64,000 nucleotides of DNA from Raillietiella orientalis (taxonomy: Eukaryota): positions 1,302,001-1,366,000 of the forward strand of contig JAYWIR010000008.1 in NCBI GenBank assembly GCA_036172245.1, in the 5' to 3' direction. The notes beneath the pieces are model-generated. The model made no database searches. It was not told where the DNA came from and saw only the letters and a list, made by a program, of their open reading frames with translations. The translations under genes were made by a program, and so were the position numbers. Below are positions 62,201 through 64,000 of the stretch, in pieces (positions within the stretch are counted from its first letter, which is position 1; the number at the start of each line of letters is the position of its first letter).

Positions 62201-63306
62201 ATTTCGCGCGATGGTGCCCGTGCACCTCGGGTTCAGGGAAGTCTCAGGACCGAGCAGACGGTCGCCGCAGGAGGGGCTCCCATGCGCCCTCTCCCCCTCC
62301 ATTCCCCCCTTCTCCTTCCTTCTCCATTGCATTTCCTTTGCCTTAACTACATCTGCGTGCCACGGACGGGTGAGCATGCAGCCAGATCAAGGATGCTGTG
62401 GGACGAAAAGTCCCCAGAGGCCACCGCCCTCGACATCTCAAGGACGATGCCCCCCCGCCTTCGCGCACCCCGATCTCCCTCCCCTCGTCCCCCTGGTAGA
62501 CTTCCGCTTTGCGCTGCGCAGACAATCCACAGAGGGGGAGGGAAGTCCTGGAAGGCGCCGCGCGCATTTCCCTACATTCCTTTCCCGCCGCCCTCGGGTC
62601 GGAACATCGCCTCCGAGGACGAGGAGGGCGGGGTGACCACCGAAAGAGAAGGACCCGAGGAGAGGGGTTGCATGCGAGGTCCAATCCGTTGGGGGAAGGG
62701 GGGCAACTGGAGGGAGGCTAGGAACCCGCGCGGCCCCTCGTGGTGTCGCGTGCGACTGAGCAGAAAGCTCGGAGGCTGCAGAGGAAGAGCGGTGGGGGTG
62801 CTGCTAGCAAGGTCGAGTTGGAGAAGGGGAGAGAGCCTCCTGGATACGCCCCTTTTCTCCCTTCGAGAGGATGGGCTGGGAGGAGTGCCCCCATCCCTTC
62901 CACAGCGAGCGAGGAAAAAGACGGAGGGGAGCGAGCTGACGCACAGGGGGCAGGGGAGAGGAGAAGGGAGGTGAAATGAGAGCACCGTCCCCTCCACGGC
63001 GGACCGGTTGACGCTGAGGGAGGGCTAGTAGCGGCCGCCGATGGCGTGGTAGGAGGGAAACCGAGGGTCGAGATGGTGGTGGAGGAGGAGGGGTGGGCCC
63101 TTCTTCCCTGGAGTGAAGGGAGAGGGGTGGGGGATGGCGAGGGGAGCGCGCCCTACCTTTCTCCAGGATCGCGATCTGCTCCGCGCTGAAGGACGTCCGG
63201 TTTCGCTGCAGCTTTTGCTTCAGGCGCAACCGCGCGTCGTCGTCCGGCAAGGTGCTGCCGCTGCTGTTGCTGTTGGTCTCGCTGAAGCTGCTGGCGTTCG
63301 TGGGAA
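59251..63306 (-). CDS. Pax6: Pax6/eyeless-like paired-class homeobox protein, 3' part (linker end, homeodomain, PST tail); 5' exons outside the window
   Basis: Exons 63157-63306, 60413-60495, 59630-59826 and 59251-59578 (GT-AG) encode [70 protein letters not shown]. It has the S50 homeodomain, the Pax6-diagnostic [11 protein letters not shown] and REEKLR flanks, and the conserved Pax6 intron positions around an 83-nt exon. The 3' end of the CDS is uncertain. Confidence 0.88.
61951..61977. repeat. (GGGGC)n microsatellite in a Pax6 intron
   Basis: ggcggggcggggcggggcggggcggg. Confidence 0.7.
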
Positions 63307-64000
63307 CTGCGGGGTGCAGAGGGGTGAAAGGAGGGAGGGAGGGAAGAGGGGGAAGTGGGGCAAAGAGGAGGGAGACCGAGGGATGCAACGGGCTGCTCTC
63401 TTCCCTTCCGACCTTCCCCACGTCCTCTCCTGCACGTCCCTCCCCTGTCACATCTGCGTCCCGGGGCACCTCCTTCGCCCAGAGGCGTCCGAGGAGCGCA
63501 GTATAGCGAGGGTTTGCGCTGCATCCCAGCTGGGGTTGCGCGGCGCCAGTTCACGGAAGGCTCCCAGAAAAATTGAGGGAGGGGCTGTCAGAGAGAGACC
63601 AGTCCCGAGCTCCGTCCTCCGGAAATGGGGCACCGGGAACCGAGTGTGGGAGGTAGGGAACGGGGAGGGGGAAAGGAGGCAGGACCTCTGCGGCAACAGC
63701 TGGATATCGGGAGCGGTCGCCATGTGAGGGAGAGAGGGCTCTGCGGAGCCAACGTACCTCCCCTCCCCTTCCTGAGACACCGCAGGGCGAAGGAGAGGAG
63801 AGGTGGGGATGGTGGGCAGCAGCTGGGAGCGCTACTCGGCCTGCACCCCTGAAGGGTCGGATCCTCGGGAGAGGCAGGCCCCAAAGGCGGTTCTGGAGCG
63901 GAGATTCCCGCGGGGGTCCCGCTGCTGGGGAATGGGGAAATGAGAGGAAAAGAGTGGGAGAGAGCCGGCGGCACCCCTTCGCACACCCTTCCCGCTGGAT

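Noticed and set aside
63840..63930. Possible further Pax6 linker exon after a minus-strand pyrimidine tract
   Set aside because: An acceptor-like sequence is present, but there is no clear donor or conserved Pax6 linker motif, so it cannot be supported.

Overview
Eukaryotic (animal, probably arthropod) genomic DNA, not prokaryotic. There are three host genes. (1) UTP14, 8 coding exons, 503-4213 (+), with six 43-57 nt introns. (2) LSm6, 2 coding exons, 23908-24514 (+). (3) The 3' half of a diverged Pax6/eyeless-type homeobox gene, 59251-63306 (-); its paired domain lies beyond the window. Most of 4.6-22.6 kb and 27-54 kb is a dense graveyard of decayed L1/Tx1-like non-LTR retrotransposons, recognised from remnants of APE-endonuclease, RT, zf-RVT and CCHC motifs. 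The old ORF2-bearing relics are on the minus strand. Most of the ORF track in this interval is noise from GC-rich relic DNA. The best leads are: a tandemly duplicated, frame-preserved Pax6 C-terminal exon; a 3'-UTR stem-loop with compensatory changes shared by three diverged LINE copies; a younger LINE fragment with a perfect 12-bp target-site duplication nested in an older LINE's RT; a near-identical 430-bp patch shared by otherwise decayed elements; and an isolated 50-nt hairpin with a GCAA loop. Relic boundaries are approximate and all alignments were done by eye.
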